64,000 nucleotides of DNA, taken from positions 80,168,001 through 80,232,000 of the forward strand of contig NC_086097.1 of the NCBI RefSeq assembly GCF_963921235.1, written 5' to 3'. Below are positions 1 to 12,689 of the stretch, one piece after another. The translations under genes were made by a program, and so were the position numbers. Under the pieces are notes generated by a model that was given only the letters and a program-made list of their open reading frames with translations, had not been told where the DNA came from and did no database searches. Source of the stretch: Mobula hypostoma (Eukaryota). Position 1 is the first letter of the stretch, and every line of letters starts with the position of its first letter.

Positions 1-1002
1 TCATTATTCTGGGTGAGTCCCATGCCACCAGTCTGCTCATCAGATGTTGCCACGAGCAAGTATATCATCAATGACGGCATTTTCAAAGTGAGAACAGTTA
101 AAGACTGTGTGGTAAGACTGCTTTCAAGACCAGTCTCTAAGACTATCCTTCTTTTGCCAAAGACTCAGTGAAATTTTAGTTTCAGTAGTTAAGTTTGACA
201 TCATGGCTGTCAGACAGGAGTGTTCTGACTTGAGAAGCGCTGTTCATTTTGTATGCAGTTCATTTTCTACAACTATCACTTTCTGTTCCTGAGTTGTTTT
301 TTACATCATTTCCTGCACAGATTAATTTGGATTTGGACTTGGAGCAAACATGGTACAAAGACATCCATCTCCATCCATTCTTTATTTGCCCTTGAAACAG
401 CAATATCTTTTCACAAAGTTTTCTCATTATACATCCCGTGGAAAGCTTCCAGCTCCGGTAATTTTTGAGAAGGCGTTTAACTCCCTGCCTAGTTTAATAC
501 ACAATGCACTGCGAGGGCAGTTGGCATTGGGTATGACCTCATTGGGTAAATGTCTCAAATGGGAAATGGATCAGTTGTGCAGGATTAATGCATGACCAAA
601 CAAAATCTAGCTGGATTTCTCAAGTAGTGGAATTCTAACTGGAAATTGTTTTAATACATTGCGCTTTGTGGGAAATGAAAATCACCTTTCATTTACACAG
701 CACTGAAACAAATGAAAATATTTGAATTTTGAGGTCTATCTTACATTCAGCAGGAATACTTGGACAATAATCTGGAGCAAAAACCTCAGCTAATTTTTTC
801 CCTTCCCTTAAATGTCATAAATGAATTCATGAATGATAGAATACAGGTCTGAGATCACTGACCACATCAAGGTCTGCAGATCAAAACTGGAATAGTCTTT
901 GGAGTGAAGTTTTGTAGGGGGTGGTGCATATTCTTATTGAATATTGAGTTAATTCAGTAGCTCAAAAATTTCACATGAAGAAAATAACTTCCATTGTAAT
1001 AG

Positions 1003-1535
1003 CAACACATATCAAAGTTGCTGGTGAACACAGCAGGCCAGGCAGCATCTCTAGGAAGAGGTACAGTCGACGTTTCGGGCCGAGACCCTTCGTCAGGACT
1101 AACTGAAGGAAGAGCTAGTAAGAGATTTGAAAGTGGGAGGGGGAGGGGGATTTCCAAAATGATAGGAGAAGACAGGAGGGGGAGGGATGGAGCCAAGAAC
1201 TGGACAGTTGATTGGCAAAAAGGATATGAGAGGATCATGGGACAGGAGGCCCAGGGAGAAGGAAAAGGGGGAGGGGGGGAACCCAGAGGATGGGCAAGGG
1301 GTATAGGCAGAGGGACAGAGGGAGAAAAAGGAGAGAGGGAGAAAGAATGTGTGCATATAAATAAATAACGGATGGGGTACGAGGGGGAGGTGGGGCATTA
1401 GCGGAAGTTAGAGAAGTCAATGTTCATGCCATCAGGTTGGAGGCTACCCAGATGGAATATAAGGTGTTGTTCCTCCAAGCTGAGTGTGGCCTCCTCTACT
1501 GCAAAGATGAAGCCACACTCAGGTTGGAGGAACAA
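1003..1535 (-). mobile_element. Penelope-like element (PLE) 3' terminal fragment with a fold-back inversion at its 5' junction
   Basis: Nearly identical to the terminus of the GIY-YIG-bearing PLE at ~30950-31450, including the end of the endonuclease ORF (HLGSLQPDGMNIDFSNF). 1466-1490 is inverted at 1511-1535. Confidence 0.9.
1061..1106 (-). ncRNA. Minimal type I hammerhead ribozyme in a PLE terminus
   Basis: Minus strand reads UAGUC-CUGACGA-A-GGGU(CUCG)GCCC-GAAA-C-GUC^GACUG. It has both catalytic boxes, stem I (AGUC/GACU), stem II, a GUC cleavage triplet and a palindromic ACGU in place of stem III. Confidence 0.8.
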
Positions 1536-2888
1536 TACTCCAAGTGTGGTCTAACCAATGCCTTGTAAAGCCTTAGCATTATAATCTTGCTTTTATATTC
1601 TACGTTCTTTACTAGAGCCAGATTAGAGCTGTTCACTCAAAATACTTCCTTATCAGTTCCATTCAATTGCATTATTGCCAATTTCTCAATTTTTGTTGTC
1701 ACACAGGAAACAAATGTTGGTTGATTTTGGTGATCCGGTCATTGATAAGTTAGAGGACATAAGCCCTTTTCTACTGAATGTTAATGGCACAAAGAAAAGA
1801 GCCATGTAGTAGGTAGTGGTTGTTGACACTTCTGCTTGCTGGACAAAACCACCAATTTCTCCTGATGTTCAGGGGCACTCTTCCATATAGAGTGGGCAAG
1901 TAGGGAACAGGACATGAACATTAGTCAAGCTATTATTTTACATGCTCATCTGAGGTGGCCTTCTAGCAGGTGACCAGCAATAATTGCATCCAGCATATTG
2001 TGGGAGATAGCAATCTTCAAACACATTTTAGTGTTTCTGCAATACTTCATTCCCTTTTTAGAATTGTATCAACTCAATGTAAATGAAATCAAATTTGATT
2101 ATTGATCCAGGGTTTGGAGAGATGATTGATATTTGAAATGTTCATCTCAAAAATTAGTTTCAGAGCAAAGAGGTGTAAAGGTTTTTAATTGACCACTGTT
2201 ATCACAGAGCAAAATCCAGTTTCATTTCTTTGGCAAATCTGATGCCCATTTTAACACATGGACAGGAACAGTTAGTGCGGAATCCCTATGACCACAAAAT
2301 ATTCATTAATTTGTCACAAATTGCTGTCTTCATCAATACCATTGCCTCTAGAATTCATTTGATTGACAACCTTGCATCAGTTTCAGCATGACTTATCCCT
2401 GTGATAATATATTTCCTGCGCCAGCTTGACCACTAGACAACCTGACAAAATCAAATTTCATTTATTATTGTTTCTAATTTGCTTGATCTTATTCCTGTTA
2501 CTATCAACTAAATGCCCATTTCAATAAGGTATCTAAATGTTTAATCATTTGCAACTGTTTGTCACAAAAATTCCAATCAAGAATAAAATTTCTTATTCTC
2601 GCTGGACTGTGGGCTCTCCACAATGATGAATAAATATGACTGCTCACTGTGATGATATTTAGCTGCACAAGCACAGTCTTGATCTCCCTGTTTTTCTGTC
2701 ACTTTCTCTTTTGCCGACAGCCTCTCTCCTACCTGCAGCCATCTTCACCATGAAGAAGAGGAGGAATTGCACTAACTTGATTTGTTGATCGTAAATATTT
2801 AAACAGGATACGGAGAGGCACAATATAAATTCACAGATAGATAGTGGAAGGAGATTAAACTTAAATCTAACCAAACATTCAGCTCTGG

Positions 2889-3074
2889 TAGCACCTATGG
2901 AGGGGAATAAACAGGTGATGTTTTGGCCAACACCCTTCGGACATGATTAAGGGTCTCAGCCTGGAATGCCAACTGTTTATTCCCCTTCATAGATGCTGCC
3001 TGACTTACTGAGTTCCTCCAGCATTTTGTGTGTGTTACTCAAGATTTCCAGCCCCTGCAGAATCTCTTGTGTTA
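2889..3074. mobile_element. Short palindromic PLE-terminus derivative with degenerate hammerhead cores
   Basis: Left arm CTATGGAGGGGAATAAACAG is inverted against right arm CTGTTTATTCCCCTTCATAG, followed by the PLE-type end GATGCTGCCTGAC...CTCCAGCATTTTGTGTG. Confidence 0.7.
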
Positions 3075-3489
3075 AAAATTCAGCTCTGATAGGAAATGTT
3101 CTGATTATAAAAGCTTGAACAGAAATTAATATTTGGAGGTCCCTTTTGTCCCTCCAAGGTGAACTACTAGCAACTTTCCACATATGTCAAGGAGCCAAAA
3201 CTTCAGGCACATCAGATCCAGATGTAGATGTTCCGAACTTGCTGCCAGATAACACGGGACAACAAAGATTTTGCTTCCTGAAGACTTTTGTGTGTGTTTT
3301 ATGGATTTTGGGCAGCTGATCATGAAAATCGCCATGACATTTCTCTTACGTGCACCATTTTTTTGTAATAGCCTGCATTTGTTATTTCAATTCATAATTC
3401 AAGTCAATGAAAATATTGCCCACAATGTAAGCTGAAACATTTTTATCTTGTCCAGGCATGCCTGGGCATGTTTAAGCAAGGCAACTGAA

Positions 3490-4185
3490 TTGGATTTTCA
3501 GAAGGTCTTTGACAAGGTGCCACACATGAGGCTGCTTAACCAGCTATGAGCCCATGGTATTACAGGAAAGATTCCAGCATGGATAAAGCAGTGGCCAATA
3601 GGCAGGAGGCAAAGAGTAGTGTGACATGCTGTAAGGTTTCACTGCTAAGGTCTTGCAGCATCCACCAAAACAAGATTCCTTAAGTTTGTCCAGGCTGGGG
3701 GGGGGCTATCACCCTCTATATTAAGCCACTAGCTGAAGCGAGAGTTACAGTGGGAATAAAAGGAGCCTTTTCTGGCTGGCTGCTGGTGACTAGTGGTGTC
3801 CACAGAGGTCTCTGTTGGGACTGATTCCTTTTACATTATATGTCAATGATTTGGATGATGGAATTGATGACTTTGTTGCAAAGTTTGCAGATGATATGAA
3901 GATGGATGAAGGGGCAGGTAGTTTTGAGGAAATAGAGAGCCTACAGAAGGACTTAGACAGATTAGGATAATGGGCAAAGAAGAGGCCAAGTCTTTATGTA
4001 TATTTAAGGCAGAGGTTAGATTCTTGAATGGTCAGGGCATGAAGGGATAAAGGTTGGGAGGGAGTGTGGGGTGGAGGAAGGCTGGAAATTGGGCCTGAGA
4101 GGAAAAATGGACCAGCCATGATGAAATGGTGGAGCAGACTTGATGGATCAAATGGCTCCTCTATCCTATGGTCTCATGGTCTTAT
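3490..4185 (+). mobile_element. CR1 LINE fragment (RT plus 3' tail, internally deleted) nested in the Chapaev element
   Basis: LDFQKVFDKVPH, YVNDLDDGIDDFVAKFADDMK and a CR1 3' tail ending in (TATGGTCT)n-like repeats. Confidence 0.85.
3620..3749. mobile_element. Short solo LTR remnant inserted in CR1
   Basis: TGTGAC...GTTACA termini interrupt the CR1 sequence AGAGTGGGAATAAA, flanked by GTAG/GTGG (imperfect 4-bp TSD). Confidence 0.6.
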
Positions 4186-6825
4186 AGAATGCTGCATGGC
4201 AGGACAGGTTTTAGAAAAACAGGACATGAAGTCTAGAGGAAGCAGATGAAGATGCTATGATGCACAAGCCAGGAATGGAAAATGATACTGATACTGATAC
4301 AGGTTTTGAACCCTTTATGTCGAGTGAGCCTCAACTGATAACTCAACCTGACCAGAGACTTAGGTTTGTCAAAGGCAAAAGCAGAATTACAGGGTTCAGG
4401 ACCGCAAGGATGGAATCTGTGATCACCAGGCACAAAAATTTCCATGAAGAATTTCAATATTTGAGACTGAATAACTGAATAACCAGAATAACTGAAGCCA
4501 AGATTAAGGAAGGCATTTTTGTTGGCCCACAAATCTGATTGGTCATCAATGGCAGGCAATTTGAAGAACTTCTAGTGGAATGGCAAAAATTGCATGGTAG
4601 GCATTCAAGGATGTTGCTAAAAATTTTCTTGGCAACTACAGAGCACCAACCTACAAGCAGCTGGTTGACAATATGCTTCAAGCATACAAGACCATGAAGT
4701 GTAACATGTCACTTAAGGTTCATTTTTTGCATGCTCATTTAGACTGTCAGGGCTGACCATGGAGAAAGGTTTTTCCAGGACATTGTGGTCATTGGGAAAT
4801 AGTGTCCGGACAACTGGAATCCATCAATGCAGGCTGATTATTGTTGGACACTTAAGTGAGAAGCTTCAGACACTGAGTACAAAATCATCAACAAAACACT
4901 CTTAGCTTATTTGAACTATTGCAAAGTGTCAGCAGTGCTATGCAATTAAATACTATATTCAATAAAAGTTAATTTCCTGTTTTTCCAAATTCCTATTTGA
5001 TGCAAGTTGTCTGAAATTAGATTTGTGTTCAGCTTCAAGCTGTCTATCATAATCAAAAGAAAATTCTGAGGAAGCAACATTTTTGAAAAAAAATGTTGTC
5101 CTGGGTGTTTACTGTCAATTCTACCACTACCCTCTTCTGGGCTCCAAATAGAAATCCTTGGTAGAGCCAGGGAGTTGCTGGAATTCTCCTGTGCTCAAGC
5201 TGGGGAATGACGCAGATTCACAAATCCATTCACCTTTCTGTCTGCAAGGAAGACAACTAAGAATAAGATAAGCTTTTCTAAATTATTTGAGTTGTAATGT
5301 TTTAATTACTAAATTAAATTAGACTATTTTAAAGGGTTTAAATCTTATAACTGCTTACTACAAATTTAATAGTTCTTGAATAATTTGAATGTCTCAAGGT
5401 GCATTGAACAGGATTGACAACTTTGACAGACAACAAACTAGGGGTGTGGTTTTGCCCTCTATCAAAGATTTTATCGGTAGCTCTAAGCACATACTGCAGC
5501 TTTTTCTGGTCTGTTCACCCAACCTTCTCATATTGTGTGAGGTCATGTGCCAAACTAAACTATACTGATTGAATCTGGGAGGTTCTTATCTTGCAAATTA
5601 TCTGAGGATAGATTTGTTTTTCTCTCCCCCATTTTTGCCTGACTACCTATATTTTAAGTATTTTGTTTTATTTCATCTGTCTAATATCTGCAGTACTGTA
5701 TTTTGTTTTTGGATAATTAGCAAAATGATTGGGCAAGCATCTGGAAGCCAGGACTATGACTCCAGAGCAGTGATTCTGGATTCATATTCACAATCCCCAT
5801 TAACTATAAGGGCCACATAACTCTTGCATGCCTGGTGTATCTTCCTCTTAAACACATGCATGCACTAAATATATAATCATAGTTATAGTTAAATCCTTTA
5901 AAACTTCCACCAAATAAATTATCAGTGTAATAAAAACTAAATTTAGTTAATTTAGTCATTATCTGTACATAATTAGCTGGCTGTCAGCTGGGTTCCTTAG
6001 AGACACAAGTTCTGTGAAGATGGGCTTAGTGTTTGCAACCGTTAAGGAGAAGAAATTCTTGCATAGTAGAGGATTTGTCTATTTACCTGTTGCATTTTAT
6101 TTTTGTGTTTTTGTTTGTAATATGCAATCAAACTTCTGCATAATAATCTGATACCTCTCCCTCCCACCCCTGGGCAAAAAAAAAATCATATCCCCATCTT
6201 CTGCTAAATGATTTACATTTATCTTGGTACTTTAATTTCCTTGTTGCTTTAGCCACGTTTAATTTCATGCCCATGGCAGGGGGATCTAAAGTCCTTAAGA
6301 GGAATACCAGATTGAGCAAAGAATTCTAATTAGTTTTTAACTGGTGTCCAAGTAAGAGCAGTTTATAATGGGAAATTTAATATAATTAATGTACTTCAGT
6401 ATAATAAAATTTCATATTCCAATACAGAAATTCTAATGGAAAATGTAATGTAATGACTGTACTCTAGGGTAATAAAATTCCACATTCTTAAATTAGAGGT
6501 CTTGAAAAGCCACCAGCTGCATGTCAAAGAGCCACAAATGGTCAAAAGGTATTGTCTTGGTATCACAGATCTAATGGCGTAAGGTTGAAAACCACCTGAA
6601 TTTAAATGTACGTAGCTAATTGAATGAACTTAGATTAAAAATCCATAAAATTACACTATCCATAAAATTACCATATTGTTGTAAAAAACACACACATTGG
6701 CCAATGACATCTATCAATAAAGAAAATCTCCCATGTTCACCCAGTTTAGCCTACTTGTGACACCAGACCTACCAAATCTTCACCACCTTTGAGATGATAT
6801 CAATAGCCATTCCACTTAAAGAACC

Positions 6826-6920
6826 ATTCGGCAGCCATGATCATACTGAATGGCGGTGCAGGCTCAAAGGGCTGAATGGCCTACTCCTGCACCTATTTTC
6901 TATGTTTCTATGTTTCTATG
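6826..6920 (+). mobile_element. Heavily 5'-truncated CR1 3' tail
   Basis: Matches the tail of the CR1 at ~38950-39027 and ends in (TTTCTATG)n. Confidence 0.8.
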
Positions 6921-7144
6921 AATGGACAACATAAGCTGGCTTTGCCAGTGACTTCTGCATGCTCATCTCACAGGTAAAATCTGAATTTCTTTGACAGATC
7001 TAAATCCCAGTTCTCGAGAGGGCTCAGGCACCGGCATCAGATGTCGGTAGAAATTTGCAGCATACAAGAATAGGAAATTATATCTTTTGGTTCTGAGAGG
7101 TAAATTTTCTCAGGGGATTTTGAAGACATCTTTGTTTCAGGAAC

Positions 7145-7680
7145 CATCAGAATCAGAATCAGAATCAGGTTTAATATCACTGGCATAGGTCATGAAATTT
7201 GTTAACTTTACTGTAGCAGTACTACAAAATACATGATAAATAAATATTAGAGAGAAAAAAACTGAATTACAGTAAGTATATATATCTATTAAATAAAGTT
7301 AATATAAGTACTGCAAAAAAAACAGAAATAAAAAGTAGTGAGGTAGTATTCTTGGGTTCAATATCCATTTAGAAATTGGATGGCAGAGGGGAAGAGCTGT
7401 TCCTGAATCACTGAATGTGTGCCTTCTGGCTTCTGTATCTCCTTCCTGATGTTAACAATGAGAAGAGGGCATGTCATGGAAGGTCCTTAATGATGGATGC
7501 TACCTTCCTAAGGCACTGCTCCTTGAAAATGTCTTAGATACTACAGAGACTAGTACCCATGATGGACCAGACTAATTTTACAAGCTTCTGCACTTATTTT
7601 AATCTTGTGCAGTAGCACAACAAATTTGCCTGAAGTATTTGGACGGCCTTCAAAATGTTTATATCCCGTTAAACTCCACA
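7145..7680 (-). mobile_element. Rex1/Babar-type LINE 3' end
   Basis: (ATCAGA)n tail on the + strand; 3' coding and UTR region similar to the Rex copy at 43820-44680. Confidence 0.7.
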
Positions 7681-8400
7681 AAATCTAAATGGAGAAAGAG
7701 TATAGGAAATACCAGCCAGAGATGATGTAGCTTATTTAGATGCAATGGAGGAGAAGGAGGAAGATGTGTGGCATAGAAGAGCAGTGAACATTGCTGAAAG
7801 AAGCCCTTGGCATAATTACCGCTGAAAGCATCAGTGAATCTCTGGAAATCCAACCGTCTGATATCTTCAATGCCAAGTACTCCTACCCTTCCACACATCC
7901 AACAGTGTGAACTAATCCTACAAATGGTCATGGATATACAATTCACTCTATTAACTACAGGGTTTCTCAGACACCATGAATGCCTGGAGACATCCTAAGC
8001 TGAAAATAGTTTTCTAGAGACTTCTGAGGGAAAACCATGAGCAAATTCTATTTGTTAATATGTGGGAGATTGAAGATTAGGCTGCGGATTAAAAGAGCCT
8101 TATGGCTTCATGTAAGGATACTGAACTAAGCAGAGTTCCTGAATTTGAAGTGGTTAGATCCTCATGACAAATGCATCATTACAGTTACACTTGTGTGGGG
8201 ATAAGTTTTCCTTTTTCTTTTATAGGATGGGACAGGACAGATGTCAAGTCTGTAGTTCAAAGATGAGTGAACAGAATGAGCGGGGCAAGTCAAGTTTATT
8301 ATCATATGCACCAGCGTATAAAGTAAAACTTTACATTGGTTTTGTGAGAAGATTCCATTGCCTATATCAGTCTGAGGCTTTCCTGCAGTGTCAATAAAAG

Positions 8401-11165
8401 TAGAAACACAGAAAAACCTACAGCACAATACCAGCCCTTCGGCCCACAAAGCTGTGCTGAAAATGTCCTTACTTTAGAAATTACCTAGGGTTACCCATAG
8501 TCCTCTATTTTTCTAAGCTCCATATACCTAGCCAGGAGTCTCTCAAAAGACCCTATCATTTCCACCTCCACCACCGTCACTGGCAACCCATTCCACGCAC
8601 TCACCACTCTGCATAAAAAGCTTAGCCCTGATATCTCCTCTGTACCTACTTCCAAGCACCTTAAAACTATGCCCTCTCTTGATAGCCACTTCAGTCCTGG
8701 AAAAAAGCCTCTGAATATCTACATGATCAATGCCTCTCATCATCTTGTACACCTCTATCATCCTCTCGTCCTCTGTCGCTCCAAGGGGAAAAGGCCAAGT
8801 TCACTCAACCTATTCTCATAAGGCATGCTCCCAAATCCAGGCAACATCCTTGTAAATCACCACCGCACCCTCTCTATGGTTTGCACATCCTTCCTATAGT
8901 GAGGCGAGCAGAACTGAGCACAGTACTCCAAGTGGGGTCTGACCAGGGTCCTATATAGCTGCAACGTTACCTCTCGGCTCCTAAACTCAATCCCACGGTT
9001 GATGAAGGCCAATGCACTGTATGCCTTCTCAACCACAGGGTCAACCTGCACAGCAGCTTTGAGTGTCCTATGGACTCAGACCCCAAGATCCCTCTGATCC
9101 TCCACACTGCCAAGAGTTTTACCATTAATACTATACATCATATTTGACCTACCAAAATGAACCACCTCACACTTACCTTGGTTGAACTTCATGTGCCACT
9201 TCTCAGCCCATCAAAGCATCCTATCAATGTCCTGCTGTAACCTCTGACAGCCCTCCATGCTATCCACAACACCCCAACCTTTGTGTCATCAGAAAATTTA
9301 CTAACCCATCCTTCTACTTCCTTATCCAGCTCATTTATAAAAATCACGAAAAGTAAGGGTCCCAGAACGGATCCCTGAGGCACACCATGGGTCATTGACC
9401 TCCATGCTAAATATGACCCGTCTACAACCAGTCTTTGCCTTCTGTGGGCAAGTAGGTTCTGGATCCACAAAGCAATGTCCCCTTGGATCCCATACCTCCT
9501 TACTTTCTCAATAAGCCTTGCATGGGGTACCTTATCAAATGCCTTGCTGAAATCCATATACATTACATCCACAAAAAATTCAATCAGGCTCGTAAGGCAC
9601 AATCTGTCTTTGACAAAGCCATGCTGACTATTCCTAATCATATTATGCCTCTCCAAATATTCATAAATCTTGCCTCTCAGTATCTTTTCCATTAACTTAC
9701 CAAGCACTGAAGTAAGACTCACTAGTCTATAATTTCCTGTGATCTTTCTACTCCCTTTTATGAGTAAAGGAACAACATCTGCAACCCTCCAATCTTCTGG
9801 AATCTCTCTTCCCCATTGATGATGCAAAGATCATTGTCGGAGGCTCAGCAATCTTCTCCCTCACCTCCCACATTAGCCCTGGGTACATCTCGCCTGGTCC
9901 CAGTGACTTATCCAACTTGATGCTTTTCAAAAGCTCCAGCGCATCGTCTTCCCTAATATCTACATGCTCAAGCTTTTCAGTCCACTGTATGTCAGTCCCT
10001 ATAATCACCAAGATCCTTTTCCATAGTGAATACTGAAGCAAAGTATTCATTAAGTACCTCTGCTCTCTTCGCTGGTTCCATACAAACTCTTCCACTGCCA
10101 CACTTGATTGGTTCTATTCTCTCACATCTTATCCTCTTGCTCTTCACATACTGGTAGAATGCCTTGGGGTTTTCCTTAATCCTGTCCGCCAAGGCTTTCT
10201 CATGGCCCATTCTGGCTCTCTTAATTTCATTCTTCAGCTCCTTCCTGCTAGCCTTATAATCTTCTAGATCTCTATCATTACCTAGTTTTTTGAACCTTTC
10301 GTAAGCTCTTCTGTTCCGCTTGACTAGATTTACAACAACCTTTGTACACCACGGTTCCCATACCCTACCATCCTTATCCTGTCTCGTTGGAATGTACCTA
10401 TGCAGAACTCCACGCAAGTATCCCCTGAACATTTGCCACATTTCTTCCATACGTTTCTCTGAGAACATCTGTTTCCAATTTATGCTTCCAAGTTCCTGCC
10501 TGATAGCCCCATATTTCCCCTTACTCCAATTAAATGCTTTGCTAACTTGTCTGTTTCTATCCCTCTCCAATGCTATGGTAAAGGAGACAGAATTGTGATC
10601 ACTATCTCCAAGACGCTCTCAAACTGAGAGATCTGACATCTGACCAGGTTCATTTCCCAATATCAGATCAAGTACTGCCTCTCCTCTTGTAGACTTATCT
10701 ACATACTGTGTCAAGAAACCTTCCTGAACACACCTAACAAACTCTACCCCATCTAAGCCTCTCGCTCTAGGGAGATGCCAATCGATATTTGGGAAATTAA
10801 AATCTCCTGCCACAAAAACCCTGTTATTATCACACCTTTCCAGAATCTGTCTCCCTATCTGCTCATCGAAGTTCCTGTTACTATTGGGTGGTTTATAAAA
10901 AACACCCAGTAGAGTTATTGACCCCTTCCCGTTCCTAACTTCCACCCACAGAGTCAATAGACAATCCCACCATGTCTTCCTCCTTTTCTGCAGCCGTGAC
11001 ATGATCTCTGATCAACAGTGCCATGACCCCACTTCTTTTGCCTCCCTCCCTGTCCCTTTCTGAAACATCTAAAGCCTGGCACTCGAAGTAACCATTGCGC
11101 CGAGCCATCCCAGTCTCTGTAATGGCCACAACATCATAGCTCCAAGTACTGATCCACGCTTTAAG
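8401..11165 (-). mobile_element. CR1 LINE, 5'-truncated, with frameshifted ORF2 (AP endonuclease plus RT)
   Basis: ORF pieces AITET, GVFYKPP, GDFNFPNIDW, NYRLVSLTS, DFSKAFDKVPH, GVPQGSVLGPLLF, KFSDDTK and LVRPHLEYC, plus a CR1 tail. Confidence 0.95.
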
Positions 11166-12689
11166 CTAATAAAGTTAATAAAGTTAGAGAATTAGAGTCA
11201 GATATATGCAGCATAGAAATAGTCCCTTCAACCCTACACATCCATGCCAAACTAAGTTGCCCAAGTGAGCTAGTTCCATGTGTCTGCATTTGGCCCATAA
11301 CCTAAACCTTTTTTCTCCATGCAGCTATCCAAACGACTTTAAATGCCTCATTGGCATGGCTTCACTGTTGTGTACTGTGTACTGCAAAACCTGGACAGCC
11401 AAAGAAAACAGCCGGCGTCAGAGCGAGAACAGCAAGGTGACCTGATGCCCGGGAGCCATATTGCTTCCATTGTAAACATTGTACCTCAACAATAACACAC
11501 TGCTGATGGGCGGGTTTGTTCTCAGCAAGTGTTGTGTCATAGACAGATCTTGGTGTGAGTGAAGCTTTATCCACATATCTCAATTCCTACAGGCCCCTGT
11601 CCCTTTATTCAGTCAAGGCATTGGTTCTGATGTCCTTAAAATGGTACAAATTGCATCAGCAGAACAGCAATTTAAACAGAAAAAAGTTCACCACTTGTAT
11701 CTGCCAAGAATTACAGCTGCCCAGCTTTAAGCCCTGTGCAAATTGCCGAACACTAATTGTTAGGATCAACTGGATTCCAGAAGGAATGACCCGAATGTAG
11801 TACTTGGCACAGTTTCAGCAACCAAGTCCTTAAAGTTAACTTGTACTGTGTATATAATAACACATGATGTAAGGCAAGTCTTTTTCCACCCACCAGAAAA
11901 CTGGTTTATCCAGTAGAACACAGATAAGAGAGACCATAAGGCCTCAGAGGAATGTGGCAAGTGGAGATAATGGGCTTGTTGCAAGTACTAATATTGTGAT
12001 AACCATGGCCTTTACTGAATAAAGGGATACTTTAGGCATGAGATCAGTAGGCCATGACTAGAGGTAGGTGTCTATAAAGCACATGAAGATCATTCAGAGA
12101 AGGTGATGTCAGAAACAACTGATCACATGCCTTTTCATTTTGGGTTGGTTAAGAATTGATAACTGAACGTATGTAACTTCGTTTTTAAGTGTGAATAAAA
12201 ATGCCACACTTTGAACAATTGAGGAGACAAGGAATTGTTTAAGAAGTTTTACAAGGTTAATTAGTAGACAGCTTTAGATGGAAAATCAAAGTAAACTGCA
12301 CTGACTCACAATTCAAATGGGTACAGTCTCTCCTGCCAGAAATTACTAGCTGGTTTACACATTTGGAATGGTGTATCAATTTTCAGCAAACTATAGCACA
12401 ATGGAATTTCTTGAAGACTAAGTTAGTCTCAACTCCTGAATCAGCCCAGCAGCAGAAAATTTACATTTTATTGAAACTGGGAGAAATTTCTTCCATAGCA
12501 ACAATTTCTTTTGCTTATTTCAGGAAAGCATAATGAGGAGAAGAACAATTGGTACCTTGTGCCTTCTCTCTCATTCAATAATATCATGGCTATTTGTTTA
12601 CGACAGCATCACTTCTTTGTGCAAAGCTATATTCCCCCGATTCCAATATCGAAAAAATCTATTTATGTCTTGAAATATACTCAGCAATT

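Larger units (their letters stand above)
3253..5107 (+). mobile_element. Chapaev3-type (CMC superfamily) DNA transposon, internally deleted and decayed
   Basis: Imperfect TIRs CACGGGACAAC..TTGCTTCCT and AGGAAGCAAC..GTTGTCCTGGGTG. Transposase remnants include EPQLITQ, AKAELQGSGPQGWNL, EAKIKEGIFVGPQI, NFLGNYRAP, CNMSLKVHFLHAHLD, DHGERFFQDI and WNPSMQADYCWTL. Confidence 0.75.

Noticed and set aside
954..1420. Overlapping Gly/Arg-rich and Pro/Leu-rich ORFs
   Set aside because: They arise from the purine/pyrimidine-skewed PLE 3' UTR and recur at 30907-31309.
2685..2776. Strong acceptor-like site followed by LSPTCSHLHHEEEEELH-stop as a terminal exon
   Set aside because: No recognisable protein and no partner exons; cannot be supported without RNA-seq.
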